Made by a program: the position numbers and the translations under genes. Of a DNA stretch of 64,000 nt, positions 1 through 14,002 are shown piece after piece. The DNA is from Antedon mediterranea (Eukaryota; Animalia; Echinodermata), in contig NC_092673.1 in the NCBI RefSeq assembly GCF_964355755.1, positions 23,309,648 to 23,373,647 of the forward strand, given 5' to 3'. Positions within the stretch are counted from its first letter, which is position 1; the number at the start of each line of letters is the position of its first letter. The notes beneath the pieces were generated by a model. It ran no database searches. It worked only from the letters and a program-made list of their open reading frames with translations, and had not been told where the DNA came from.

Positions 1-2763
1 TTGTAGTAGGTCTTCTCGGTGGGAATTGACCTTGTTGTGGGTCAATCGCTATGCCAGAGGCGTTTAATTATGATTTGCTTGCACGTCTCTATCTTTTGCC
101 TAGATTGTACTTTGTAAATTTATAAATAACGTTAATATTTTAGTAATATTAACACTAAATAAAGATAACAAAAACTGTATTTGTAATTATTATCTCACTG
201 CATATCAATGCTAGTATAAATAAAAAATGAAGAATACAAGAGTGGTATTCTTGTAACAATGTGAGAAAAATCAATTCATTAGAACGTAAAATTTCGATGA
301 TTAAAAGCAAAGAAGGTTATTCCGTTTCTCGCGAACAATAAATAAATATTAATGGATAATAAACATCAATGACAATATTGACATCTTTAATAACAGTTTT
401 CAAATGGTATGTTAAATTTGAGAGCATTTAAAATGTATTCTGCTGCAGTTACTGCAGTAACTATAATTTGTATAATGCACTCTTTAACCTGATTATGCAA
501 ATAGGCTTAAAGTATGGCAAGCTCCGAAACTAAATTATACGTTATTGTAGTATTACAGCAAAAATTGAAGCAGAATAATTTTGACATGGTTCCTTATTAT
601 AGCAGCATAATATAATAGTTATAATATTACAACTATATCGCTAGTTTTAGAAAAGTATACGTTTCCACCCCGTGCGGTAAAACACATTTTTTTAAGGCCG
701 GACACAAAATATAGACAGAACACCGCAGTCCACCCACTTGTGATGGTACAAATCTAGACAACAAAACATTTTCCTGTCTATGATAAAGGATACAATGCAT
801 TATACATAAAAAAGAAGCTCAAAAGAGCGTTGTTGCGCAAATATTACGTTGGTTGTATTCCTGACCCCTTATTGTAATATCCTATAATAATCTAATAATA
901 TCGCACTATATATGACACTAGAGATAATAATCTCAAAGGTATGACCCAGTCCGATATTTCGTTTGACCCTTCACTGTGTCCAGTTTTGAAACGGAAGATG
1001 CAGCTGTTCAACCTTCAGCAATCGGAAGATCAATCAGCCAGTAACCAATAGTCGATAAGAAATGATTAAAATGGTGAATGGTCGACAACTTGTCTTCAAG
1101 TACACAGGTATCACTAACAAGATTTAATTTTTCAAAAAGTAGGCGTAAGAATTAAAGCAATAAAATGTTAAACTCCAACAAAACAAAAGATTAGCTATTT
1201 ATCTTCAATCTAGAAACATTGGTTTAACCAAACATTTATAGAAAATAGATATTGGTTTGTTTGCAAACCTTTGCTTATTGTTACTTAAATACATTGTTAC
1301 CGTATTTTCAGGCGTTATATGCAGCCAGTATTATACCGAAATTTAGTCTTTTTCAAGTTCGAACTATTATTTCAAATTCGATTAAAAAAAGTAGTAGCAT
1401 TTTGGAAGAGAGTATAGAGGTAATTACATGGCCATAACCGAGATCCAGGGTGGGGCTAGGGTTGAATATTATCAACATTCAAGTCTAGTGTTGCATAGAA
1501 TCATTGTGAAGAATGCGCATGCGTAAAAAACGCCTAACCATGTTTCTATAAGCTGTTTTCAATAGGTCTAGGATTTTGAAGTGAGACAGCATGTAGGCTA
1601 CCATGTCTTAGGCCTACATGTAATTATTAGTTAGCTTGATAAATAGACCTAGGCGTACATATCAGTAAAGATACTATCTATACTATCTATATTTTGATTA
1701 TTATTCGTTCGTGCTATATTGTGTGTTTCTTTGTTGTAATTTTCATTTCCCTTGAGCAAAGCAAATTGTTGTGTTTGTTCTGTCAACGGGGAACAGACAA
1801 GAAATGCCAATGAAGATAGCATACTAAAGCTAACAGTAACGGACGTCTGGTGCATGCATTCTAATTGCACGCGTTGAGTTTGGCGCATCATGCTTTTGCG
1901 CAACGTGTTAATAAAGAAATGAAACGCCCACCAAATTTAAAATATTTACAAACCTGATATGGAACGCCAAATGGGAAATAATGTATCACTATGGCCGGTT
2001 AGCGTGAATTATTCATGATTTCTGCCCACGTTCGTCCTGGAAAAAAAAATTACGCGGCCGGTTAATGACGGTTCAACAATGAACCAAAGCTGAAATCAAA
2101 GGAAGTGATAGGAGCGATGTGTTCGATCAGTGCAGGGAGTTGTTATTAGATAATAACAACTCCCTGATCAGTGGATGCCATAGATGCTGTTTATTAGGAT
2201 CATTGACCATGTTAATTGGTTGTGTACATTGTCTTAATGTGCACATACACGTGTTAATATTATGTAATTATATATATTGCTTCAATAAAAGGCATATATA
2301 ATGAAGTTGAATCATCACTGAAACTAATTTCCTTCTAATTTCTTACTATAAATACCGTTTCTAAACACTATACAGCAAAACTTGTTTTATTGATGAAAAT
2401 TAATCTGCACCGATACTTACATAAAATTGTTTTGAAGTTTGCCTAAAACTTGATACCCAAAGGTACTGTAGTTTTAAAGTGTATAATTCACAGACAAAAT
2501 ACTTTGTTTCAAGTGTTTCCGCAGTTTGAGAATTTGCAGACAAATCTACGTCATCATCGTAAAAAAAATCAACCTTCATCCTTCCATCTTTTTAAAAACA
2601 GCCTTTTTTATTCTTCTTCTCCAGACTCGAAATCTGGTGGAAAGTCGTGTGCTTCAGGGCAATACCGATAACTTATAATAATTTATATAACAATTTCTTG
2701 TATTATGCACACGAAGGAAACGTACGTCCATAATCAAACATTTCCAGAAGACATTACAATAAT

Positions 2764-2781
2764 CATGGAGGTATCTCCATG
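2764..2781. other. Micro-palindrome with 7-bp TSD (putative P-superfamily excision footprint)
   Basis: caataat|catggaggtatctccatg|caataat. Confidence 0.65.
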
Positions 2782-4342
2782 CAATAATGAACTTATTTTC
2801 GATGGGGAGGTTTAACAAAATTAATCCTCTCCTATCCAGTAATTAAATGGATAAGAGGGTACTCCATTTTCAATCTCATTACGTTTTTTGGCTTACTCAT
2901 CTCTTCTTTGCCTTGATTGTTGTGATAATTATATTAATGATACAGAATTCAATTCAATTTTGTTTTGGAACAAGTCCATATCAAGAGAAACAAACAATTA
3001 AAAAAAATAATATAAATAAAAATACATTAAAAGATTCGATTAATAATAATAATATTATTAATAATAATGAAATTAAAAACTATTAAAAAAACAACAAATT
3101 CTATTAATTAGAAATTCAAGTTTTCCATTGGTGTAGTCCTGTAAACGGACTTATTATTTATACAAGCTTCCGGTTCAGTCCCTTAAACAATTACACACTC
3201 ATTACAATATAAATATTTCTTTATTAGATTATTGATTTAACAGTAGGAGACCCGTCAACCGTAGATGAAAACCGATAAAATGATGTGTTTCAGCCAAAAA
3301 AGAAATGTATGAAAAAATAAGGTTGCATAAATAACTCCTAGTGTAGTACCGCATAGACCGATAATAAATAAACATAACATACTTTTAACTACTGAAAAAG
3401 TTGACTGGTCCTGTAAGAACGACATTATGCGCATGCGCTCATATGAGCGTGCGCAGAAAGTGACATATTGTGGTCTTTTAATCTGGATATGGTCCAAATA
3501 CTAGATCTTCAATTTATATCGTTTAAAGGGGCGCGTTATTTCTCAAATTAAAGAATGCATTATGCGGTGACACAAAGTAAGGTTGCTGTTGGTTGGTCAT
3601 CAATTGAGAATGATCCGCAATGCTCAATGCCTTTTCAAATGTCGCGGCGGTGCTTATTCAAATGCGATTCGACCAAGTGCACCGCTTATTCGATCAATAT
3701 TAACAAATCGCTTATTCGATAAAAGGGCACTTATTCCAGTTTCGCACCACTTCGATAAGTTATTTGATCTAGTTCACGCTTACGAATTTAGAAATGTATT
3801 CAATCATTATACACGGTGGTATGTAGGCCTATTTATAATTTTTGCCAATGTTATTTTAACTGTTCACTTTCAATGTTGAAGGTTACAGCCTATGTATGAA
3901 AACCGGCTGTGTGAACATGTAAAACAAGCTCATGGCAAATAACCGCAATTTACAGTCATCAGCAAATATGAATTCTATTTCACACGTTTGAACACAGGCA
4001 ATTAATAAAAAAAGTTAAATTCTTAATTACTGCCAATTGAACTAATGCTTGAATAGTTAGGGAAAACTACTACTTCACATCATGTTTATATTAGATTAAA
4101 ATTAGAAAAAAGTAACAATACATTTGGTCATAATTATTATGTTTTATATATATTGTTGCATTTATATTAATATTGTAATTTTAAAGTAATGATAGCCGTT
4201 CTATCGGTAAATAATAGGCTTTGTTTGAAGAAAAAGAAAGGTGTTGCAAACAGAAACACCATAGAAGGATCAAACCCACGCCAAATTGCAAAATTACAAT
4301 GCAAATGAACGTATTCTGCATTTAATTTCCAGGCCGGCCGGC

Positions 4343-5240
4343 CCGCGATTTTTTTTTTCGTACATAAGTTGGGGACCCCCTCATGAAACGTCACAAAATA
4401 AACATGAATAATTCATCAGTTAAATGTTCTTGTTCCGTGTGCACCCAAGCGTATAGCAACAAGAAGTGATTACACAAGTGCGGTACGATTCTAGGCCTAT
4501 CTCCGCGCTGTTGTTGTTGTTTCATAGAAGAATAGCGGCGTTTTGTGTGGATTGTCGAAATAATCAGCCTTTAGTTTATGATAGTGTTTTTAATATAATT
4601 TACTAAAGAATTACGTGTTAAAATTATAGTTTCTATTAATACTATTAGGCCTAGGCCTAATTATTAGTCTCTAGACATATGTCTATTCTAGTAGAGCTGT
4701 GTGTGTGTGTGTGTTATAGGTATGACACAATCCGAGTAATAAGTCAACAAAATTAAACAATAAACATTACACAAAAATACATTTTTTTATTCTCGTGGGT
4801 CTAATCTTCCCATCTCATGTGTTCATATACGCGCATTTTTAAAGTTCCTTTGAGTACATGCATTGTTTGATAATAAAATAGCAGAATAAAAAAAAAATAC
4901 AGTACACAAATTATACACATTCTTTATTCTTGTGGGTCTAAGCTTTCTTTGGGCTATGTCCAATGAATTACTACTTAGTTTAATGTCTTGCCTAGCTGTC
5001 GATTAGCCTCGACTCGACACATTTTGTGTGAAGAAGAGTGCGCGAAGGCAATCGCGTGAATTGACTTACCTAGGCTAGGCCTACTGTAGAAAGTATCGTA
5101 TCGCAGTTGTGTAATCGCTTCTTGTTGCTATACGCTTGGGTGCACACGGAACAACAAATTTAACTGATGAATTATTCATATTTATTTTGTGACGTTTCAT
5201 GAGGGGGTCCCCAACTTATGTACGAAAAAAAAAATCGCGG
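4343..5240. mobile_element. MITE/foldback element with about 150-bp terminal inverted repeats
   Basis: ccgcgattttttttttcgtacataagttggggaccccctcatgaaacgtcac... (4343 to ~4490) is the near-perfect reverse complement of ~5095-5240. Internal (TG)n at ~4697-4713. TSD ambiguous. Confidence 0.85.
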
Positions 5241-5689
5241 CCGGTGTAAGATTTAAATGTGTCCGGTGTTTGAAAGTGTCCACTGGACAATTTTCAGCAT
5301 TGAATAGTGTAATACCAGCTGTTGAAAATGGCTGGAACCACCCGGGCAGCTTTCATCGATAAAAAAGTAGGACCATCGACATCGACATCATATTAACCCC
5401 GTAAAAACAAGGGCACTGGACGGTCACCAACTCCCGTTAGGGTAATTATAATTCCTTAGAATACCAACTTGAATCGCAAAATATCAAGTCGATTGAAATA
5501 AATATTACTATTATTATATCTGGAGACATATAGTCTAATCAAATTAAATTGTTTGTTTTTGATTGAGTATATACAACCTGTTGTCAATTTGAAGTAAATC
5601 GACAACTTGAAAAAATATATAGCCTACCGGTACTGTATTATTATTTCTAGGGAATGAATATCACTAAATCATATAGGCATAGGGCCTAC

Positions 5690-5910
5690 CTATTTTCGTT
5701 CTCTCGAAATATTATTTCATTGGAATTCGAATTACTAATTCGCGAGAGAACGAAATAATTTCCCTCGAAATTATTTCGTTCTCTCGATCATTCCTTGTCT
5801 CGAAGTAGTAATTCGTTTTTTATATTGTTCAGTTCTTGAAATCTTATTTTGTTCTCCCTAAATATATTTGTTCCCTCAAAATATTTTTCAGTTCTCAAAA
5901 TATTATTTTG
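5690..5910. repeat. Cluster of short direct and inverted subrepeats (ttcgttctctcgaaat), probable TE remnant
   Basis: Several copies of ttcgttctctcga plus the inverse cgagagaacgaaataat. Confidence 0.5.
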
Positions 5911-6284
5911 TAATATTCATAATACTTTTACTAATTTAATAATATTAACTGATAACAAAAGTGCTTTAAACAAGTAAGTTCGTCATTGTTAAAGTGAGTT
6001 CTTATTCATTATATTTTTTTTCACAGATGCCTGATTTTTGGTTTTATTTAATAAAACATTGAATTGGTTAGTCACAATATTTTTTTTGTTTCTAGAGATT
6101 TTACATTATTTATTTATTTATCTAAAATATATTTGAAAAATATTGTTGATGCATATTACCAAAAAATATTTATTTTGTTATATTTTATATGGCAAAATAA
6201 ACACCTTAATTGCGCATCATAATTATTCGTTCACTCAAGGGTATTTCGGTTTTTTGTTTTTTTCGAATAATCTCTAAAAAAAAA

Positions 6285-6600
6285 ACGTCCACCTCTCCTA
6301 AGGGACCACTTCTCATAATTCCGTAACGACCACCTTTCGCAAATTACCACCTCTATTGAGGTGGTCACTTACGGGAGGTGTAGTCGGTAAAAGAAGTGGT
6401 CGTCTACGAGCGGTGGTAGTTTATGAAAGCAGTCCGTTATGAGAGGTGGTTACCCCTTCAGGAGGTTGTCCATTGTGAGAAGCGGTCCTTTAACAGAGGT
6501 AGTCCCTTTTAAATATTAAAGGTGGTCGCTAACAAGGGTGGTTGCTTACGATCAGAGTGCTAAGTTTTGAAAGCCGATCACTTACGAGAGGTGGATAGAC
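6285..6600. mobile_element. Degenerate Tc1/mariner-type MITE with gaccacc/gaggtggtc subrepeats
   Basis: Left half carries ~21-bp gaccacct units and right half their complements. Related fragments at ~12215-12280, 14440-14570, 43720-43860, 53595-53700 and 56853-56945. Confidence 0.55.
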
Positions 6601-6899
6601 TGACGGCAAGTAGAGAAATACATTTGCACATGATTTAGACATTTAGGTTTGTAAAATATATAATATTTTATTAGCTGGCGATATTAACTACATTAGCTGT
6701 GAGGCTGTTGATGTTTCTACATCATTAGCTAGTTCTAGGTTTTATTATATGGGTGGATTTGACTTTTCTACACTAGCAGTTTTGAACAAGGCCTATTGTA
6801 TTAGTTTAAATGGAATGCTACAAGTTTTATTATTTTTTTTTATTTATCGTTTTGTGTACTAAAGTGGCAGCATAATCAGTATTTATTTTTACCAGATGT

Positions 6900-7080
6900 C
6901 AAGCAAGGGTAATGTCCCAATTGGTAATTGCCACAATTGTCAGGTCAACCTCAAAACAGCGGCTCTCGGGACCGGGAGAGTTGTATGATTTGTTTTTATT
7001 ATTATTTTTTTTAATGCGCCTAGAGCACTCTGTGGTATGTGCGCTATAAAAATCCTGTTATTATTATTTGTTATTATTAT
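6900..7080 (+). mobile_element. 3' end of an L2-type LINE or L2-tailed SINE
   Basis: Tail gcgcctagagca...gtgcgctataaaaatcc followed by (tta)n; same tail type as the SINE at 44737-45041. Confidence 0.55.
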
Positions 7081-7105
7081 TTCACCTTTTAGTCGTGTCT
7101 GTCTT

Positions 7106-8572
7106 ACAGTAAAGTGATCTTTAATTGGAAGAGGACCAGTACAATTACTTGTTTTTTATGACAGGATTATAAACTATTTATTCCTCTTGTCTGTGCTCGT
7201 ACAAAATAATGAAACGGTCGCTAATTGGAAGTGTCTTAAAGTAAAGTGATCTTTAATTGGAAGAGGACCAGTACAATTACTTGTTTTTTATCACATGATT
7301 ATAAACTATTTATTCCTCTTGTCTGTACTCATACAAAATAATAAAACGGTCGCTAAATGGAAGTGTTTAAATTGAAGTGATCTTTAATTTGAAGAGGACC
7401 AGTACAATTACTTGTTTTTTATCACATGATTATAAACTATTTCTTCTTCTTGTCTTTATTCATACAAAATAATATAACGGTCGCTAATTGGAAGTGTCTT
7501 AAACTGAAGTGATCTTTAATTGGAAGAGGACCAGTACATTTACTTAATTTTGTCACATAATTAAACTATTAATTATTCTTGCCTTTACTCATACCAATTA
7601 ATAAAAATGGTCACTAATTAGAGGTGTCTTAAAGTAAAGTGATCTTTAATTGGAAGCGGACCAGTCAGTACAGTTACTTAATTTTGTCACATAATTAAAA
7701 CTATTAATTATTATTGTCTTTACTCATACCAATTAATAAAATGGTCGCTAATTGGAGGTGTTTTAAGTAAAGTGGTCCTTTATTGAAAGAGGACCAGTAC
7801 AATTACTTGTTTTTTGTCACATAATTAATAACTATATATTCTTCTTGCTTTATTAATACTAAATAATATAATGGTCGCTAATTGGAGGTTTCTTTAAGTA
7901 AAGTGATCTATAACTGGAAGAGGACTAGTACAGTTACTTAATTTTGTCACTATCATAATTAAAACTATGTATTCTTCTTGTATTTACTCCTACCAATTAA
8001 TAAAATGGTCGCTAATTAGAGGTGTCTTAAAGTAAAGTGACCTTTAATTGGAAGCGGACCAGTACATTTACTTAATTTTGTCACATAATTAAACTATTAA
8101 TTATTCTTGCCTTTACTCATACCAATTAATAAAAATGGTCACTAATTAGAGGTGTCTTAAAGTAAAGTGATCTTTAATTGGAAGCGGACCAGTCAGTACA
8201 GTTACTTAATTTTGTCACATAATTAAAACTATTAATTATTATTGTCTTTACTCATACCAATTAATAAAATGGTCGCTAATTGGAGGTGTTTTAAGTAAAG
8301 TGGTCCTTTATTGAAAGAGGTCCAGTACAATTACTTGTTTTTTGTCACATAATTAATAACTATATATTCTTCTTGCTTTATTAATACTAAATAATATATT
8401 GGTCGCTAATTGGAGGTGTTTTAGGTAAAGTGATTTTTAATTGGAAGAGGACCACTTCATTTACTTGTTTTTGTCACATACTTAACAATTATTTATTCTT
8501 CTTGTCTTTTCACATACCAAATAATATAATGGTCCCTAATCGGAGGTGTTTAGGCAAAGCGATCTTTAATTA
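7106..8572. repeat. Tandem satellite, ~131-bp unit, about 11 copies, with higher-order duplication
   Basis: Unit starts (aaagtgatctttaattggaagaggaccagtac) at 7111, 7243, 7374, 7506, 7636, 7769, 7900, 8034, 8164, 8297, 8427 and 8556. Confidence 0.95.
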
Positions 8573-11500
8573 GAAAAAAAAAATTTGTTTGGCATCATTA
8601 AGTATTATTGGTTATTAAAAGAAGACAAGACAAGTGCAGGCGTGATAAAAACAACCACCTATCATAAAACGTATGATACAGTATTTAATAGTGGACGCAT
8701 TTCAATCCATGGGCAAGACATTATTAAACGGGCCGGACAGCATTAAATTGTTGAAAAACGCCCACGAACCCGTTGAAACATGCAACTGGACACTATCCAA
8801 TGCTGAAAAGTGTCCACCCGGACACTTTTGAATGCTGGACACAATTCAATCTTACACCGGCCCTGCCTCGTTCTTCAATTTAAAAAAATCCAAGATGCGC
8901 CACTGATCAATACATTGTTCCGATACTCTCTCAAAGAGAAAATAGACATATAACTATATTGTATGTTATTTTTTATTGCAAATAATGTATTATTGTTTAT
9001 TGTAAAATATATTTTCCATTTCTTACCCATTAATATTTTTCATTGAATTTAGTTGTTTTAGCTTAAATTTGCACGGCCCCAATCCATAGATAAACAAAGT
9101 TTTATTGAATCAAAATAATTAATTATTTATTAATTTCTATAATTATTTTATAGTTTAGAATATCATTTATTCACTGAATAACTATAATCAGAAAATAGTT
9201 TGGATGCCAAAGAAACATATTCTCTGCTAAAAATATCTGTCTGCTTGATATATTTTGCCGTAGTAAATATCAGATAAAATCGACCTTTTAGTTAATTAGA
9301 TTTAGTATGTATGCCTATACGTTTTATCCATCATGTATAAAAGGAAAGGGTAAAGAGACACACATGAGCTGTACCCAACGGCAATGTTACAGTCGTTGAT
9401 GTCAGCAACAAGTGTTTTGAATTTAAAAAAAAATAATTTTAAATGTATTTTAAAAACTAAAAAATATCTAACAAGTTGCATTATTCTATTTACCAGTTTA
9501 TCTCTAACCATAGCATAATTAGGCAGACGAAATATAATTATTTACAGGTTAAGAAAGTATATTATCGTCTGAAGATCAGGTCTGTTGACGATAGGCTAAC
9601 TCCAAACGACATATATTTGAGGGAAATAATCTAGACAGGCTACCCATGGTCTGTCGTCTGACGGGTATACCTGTTCTACCGACTTTTGCTTTATATAACT
9701 AAACATTGATGTGGTGAAGTTTTGACATTTGGAATGAAGATCGGAGAATTTTGTTTTTGATGTTACCATCTGATAATATAAATGACGTCATATAATGCGG
9801 ACTAGACTATAAACCTTGAAATAATTAGGCTATACAAAATAATACAGTTAATATAAAATGAGAGGGTATTATTAAGCTCTAGAGATCTACACACCATAAA
9901 TGTTATCATTTGTGGATATGTTATTATGACGTCATGAAACAGACGAGGACAGACATTGACCTAGTCACCAGAGTTCCAACAGACATTTTAAGTAATAGCA
10001 GTATAGTCAGTCATTTTTGGTCTAATTATGAGTCAAAGTTGTCAATTGATAAAGAAGGCAAGCTAATCACACCTTTCGAGTTGCACTTCACCAAAAAGCA
10101 TCGATCCTGAAAATACAAGTCTCCACTAGATTTCGTCATAATGTCGGCTTGAATATACTGTTTGTTTATTAATATTCCGTCTATTCGATTTTCTACTGTC
10201 ACAAATGTAAGTGCACATTTGAAGGGTTTGAGTCATCGGTCTATGGGGCTATGAGGAATACCATTGGTTAAAAGTACATACATAAAAGTATACTAGAAGC
10301 CACGCACTTCGCTTTTCTTTGTTTTACCACCAGAGTCACAGGCACTGCGCTTGTCTTCCTTTATCAGAACCGTTCTCACGTCCACCAGTGAAGAATGAAG
10401 ATGACCACTGAATGATAGTAAGGTACCCAACTGTGTTACACTCCAGGGCAAATGTAACACCAGTTAATTTGTGGACATAATGGCAATTTAAATTAGAGTA
10501 CGCTACAAAATCACCAATCACTACATCGGAGTCTGATGTGAGGTTGTTTTATTAACAGTAGTCCTGCACAACGCCACACGTAATAACGGGTCAGTAAAAC
10601 ATGTGGTTTAATCAGTACCACATGCTAAAATATGCTAAATAGTCGAATACTACCGTACTAGGCCTATACGTTGAACTTTCCTTCTCATACTTTATTATTA
10701 AGGTGCTTTTCAATTCACGGATGATGTCTTCAGATCCTGTTTCGAACTTTTGATGATCAAAACAATCCACTCACTAACTCGAATGTGACTTTGGTCAGGA
10801 AACATCTTGCGTTGTATAGGGTAGAGTGAAAGTTACTTTTCGAGTAGAACTCATGTTCTGCGGATTCCATGGAACCCCGGGGAACAATTCCAATATCCTT
10901 TTTTGGATTTTTGAGGAATAATAATAATATTACATTATGTAGAACAGCATTATGTGCACAAGTATGTATTATGCTTTAAAAAGAAACTTTATTTTGAAAT
11001 AACATTGACTTGAGGTATGCCTACCTATTGTAGATCTAGGTAACTAACTGAATTGATTCAAATCAAACCAGGAGGTGGGCATATTGGAAGTAACCGGAAG
11101 TTATATAATAATAGGGCAATGATTGTTATATTTTATAGGAATTCACAAAACGGTTTATTTTGAAATAGGCCTACTGATATTCTAGTTCAAAAGTAAAAGT
11201 ATACAGATAGGAGTGCTGTCTACTTTACTTGAATGTGCACTATTGCTAAATCCACGTCGATTACATGAAAAATTGAAAGAACAAGAACGAAAATGTGCTA
11301 ATGTTAAGTTTTAAGTTACAAAATGTTTTTCTAACGATTAGGCCTACATACTACTCAACAATAATAAAAGACATCAACGGGGACAGATAATCAATTGGCA
11401 CCTACGCTTGTAAAGAAAACGTCTCCGAAATGGCTGAGAAAACGTTTAAATAATGACAGAATTAATTGGTGGTATTTTGCGCTATAAAGTCTGTAATTAC

Positions 11501-13836
11501 TTGAGTGCAGATCTATGAATTTATCCACAGGGGTCGGGTGGGTTGAAATGGGAAGTTTGATTACAACAATGCTGGAAGCGATGCTTGTGTTATTGGACAA
11601 ACAAATGAATGTAGGAATGATGACATTGAGTGAGGTTGCACATGAATTTTGCTTTTAGCTTTCTTCAGCTGTAATAGTAGGCTCTGCTATAACATGAGTT
11701 CTGAATTTATCATTTAAACATCGATTTGTATCCATGTACTGTTAATAGGCCTATTGTTAAATAATTTTTTTTTCTATAACTTTTATTGTACTTTCTCTGG
11801 ACGCACATTCATTCAAGAAGTGTGCCACTTATAAACATTCAGTATATGTTTCATAACACACCTAGGCCTACAAATATAGATAGAAGCGGTGTGAATAGTT
11901 CACTTCCATTTAGATTTGTACGCCTAAAAAAACCTGAATTGCAACAGACCAATTGAATAGAACCATTAACTACAACTTTTACCTTAACGAAAATACGAAA
12001 TTAACCAATCAAGTTGTATCCTAAGCACTAAAATAGCTGGGTAAAGCATGAATACGAATTAATTTAGGTTTAAAGTAGGCCTATACGTTTAATTTCGTAT
12101 AGTAAATATAATTTATAACAGCGGATGACCACATTCTTGGATGTTACGTAACATATTTAATGATACCTCGATGGCGTGTATTATGTTATTTATATAAACT
12201 AATCATTTGGAACACTATTCAGGAGACGCCAAGCGCTGTTGGGTCCCGAAGGTGGCCATATAATAGAGATTCTACTGTGTGTATACTAAAAGGACCTTTC
12301 GGATTAGAATTTGGTGAATATAAAATTAAATTTAAATAATAATAATAGCGGTAAATGTTTATTGCAATTAATAATTAATATGCTAAAGTGAAAAAAGGGA
12401 GATATTACAGAATTCATATTTGGTTTTCAGAACCGTATCAAAATAGTGGGAATTTATACGAATTATTATAGGCTAATCTTCGAAACCAAAGCTTGAAACA
12501 AAATATTAGGTATGTAATAGAAACCAAGTGAAACCAATACTAGAAGTAGAAATTAAGCATGAAATTGTAGTATTTATTGAAGTTTTATATGTTGTCAGAG
12601 ATATCACAGTCGGAAGAACTTATTAAGGGCGTACGGTTTTGTATAGTTACGATTTACAGTTGAATGGGAAATCCCCTTCATTATCAGATTTTGGAATCAG
12701 TGAGTGGTCAGTGAGATTAATTTCTCTTTCTTTGACCAGAAGTATCTACAGTTATACCCTATTACACAAATATCATATAAGCCTTCAAGCGAATGTTACC
12801 CCATTTGATATATCAGTTTATATCTTTCAATTGACGTTTGAAGGTTCCATCAAACGTTTCATCTATCATTTCAAGGTTTGGTATGACATTGAGACGCAAT
12901 AGAAAACCTGATTGATGGAGTAGGAGTATAAAGTGGATTTTGACAACATATAATATATAATTGAAAGACAAATCTATTTATCAGTGATAATGCATAGTAC
13001 AGCAAAATATTGAGGGACATAAAAAAGATTGTCAAATGTAGCATGAATCAAGGATTACTATCAGTAGGCCTAGTAAGTTAACTAATTGCAAATTATGGAT
13101 GACAGTAGGCCTACACTAATTATGGATTTAAGTGGCATATTTTTGTGATAAAAATAATCCCTGCCTTGTATGTTTAATTAATTGCATGAGGATATATATC
13201 AAAGTAAATCAGTAGATAATTAAAATAGATTGCTAAATAGAATTTAATTAACAAGATCTAAGTCTGAGTATAGATAAGGTAACGAGTTTATGAGAACCTG
13301 AAAATACAAACACATTTAACTTGCTTAGAACGAAGACAGTGGTCAAAATTTGGAGAAAACCTCATGAAGAATTGATTGCATTCAGTTACCTAAATAATGA
13401 AATCGCAACTAAAGTCAAATTGAAAATGTAATGAATTATACATATAAAAACAACAACCACCATTATATATTATGGATAGTAAGTTATTTTGTATGTACTT
13501 TTTGTAATTTCTGTTGGACATGCACAACATGTAAGCCTAAATCATCTAAAACAAAAGTTATCATTTTTATCCCAATTTTAACATTACTTTCAAAGTCACA
13601 AAACTTTCATGCAAAAATGAGGGCGCTCTCCGTTTATTACCTTTATTTTTTAAGCTACAGTAGTTAATAATTATATAAAAACCTAAATAAATCAATGTAT
13701 ACAAATTATATTATTGTCATATATTTACACTTCACAACGTATCAATATGTTTCACTTACATTCGATCCGAGCATTTAATTCTTCCACAAGTCTATAGAAA
13801 ATGATGTTCAAAGACGAACGGACAGAATTCAGTAAG

Positions 13837-14002
13837 AAAGTATGGAACGCCAAAGTGGCAAAATTTGAATACGGAAATAAAAAAATAAGTGTTGATTTCA
13901 TATATTTACATTTCAAGTGAAACATTGATAATTTAATTATCAATGTTTCACTTTTCAAAGTATGGAACGCCAAAGTGGCAACATTTGAATACGGAAATAA
14001 CA
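13837..14002. repeat. Direct repeat pair (~45 bp, 120-bp spacing)
   Basis: aaagtatggaacgccaaagtggcaa(a/c)atttgaatacggaaataa at 13837 and 13957; the core tatggaacgccaaa also occurs at ~1959. Confidence 0.85.

Larger units (their letters stand above)
5239..8865. mobile_element. Inverted arms of an old hAT-like non-autonomous element enclosing other repeats
   Basis: ggccggtgtaagatttaaatgtgtcc...ttttcagcattgaatagtgt (5239 to ~5310) matches the reverse complement of ~8790-8865, which ends cttacaccggccctg (a CAG terminus). No TSD found. Confidence 0.55.

Noticed and set aside
4330-8873. 8-bp TSD for the putative outer hAT element
   Set aside because: The flanks (ttaatttc versus cctcgttc) do not match, so the boundaries remain unproven.
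12639-12902. Helitron helicase-like words LQLNGKSPSLSDFGI, or a 40-nt exon with a gtgagt donor
   Set aside because: The similarity is too short, with no further motifs and no partner exons.
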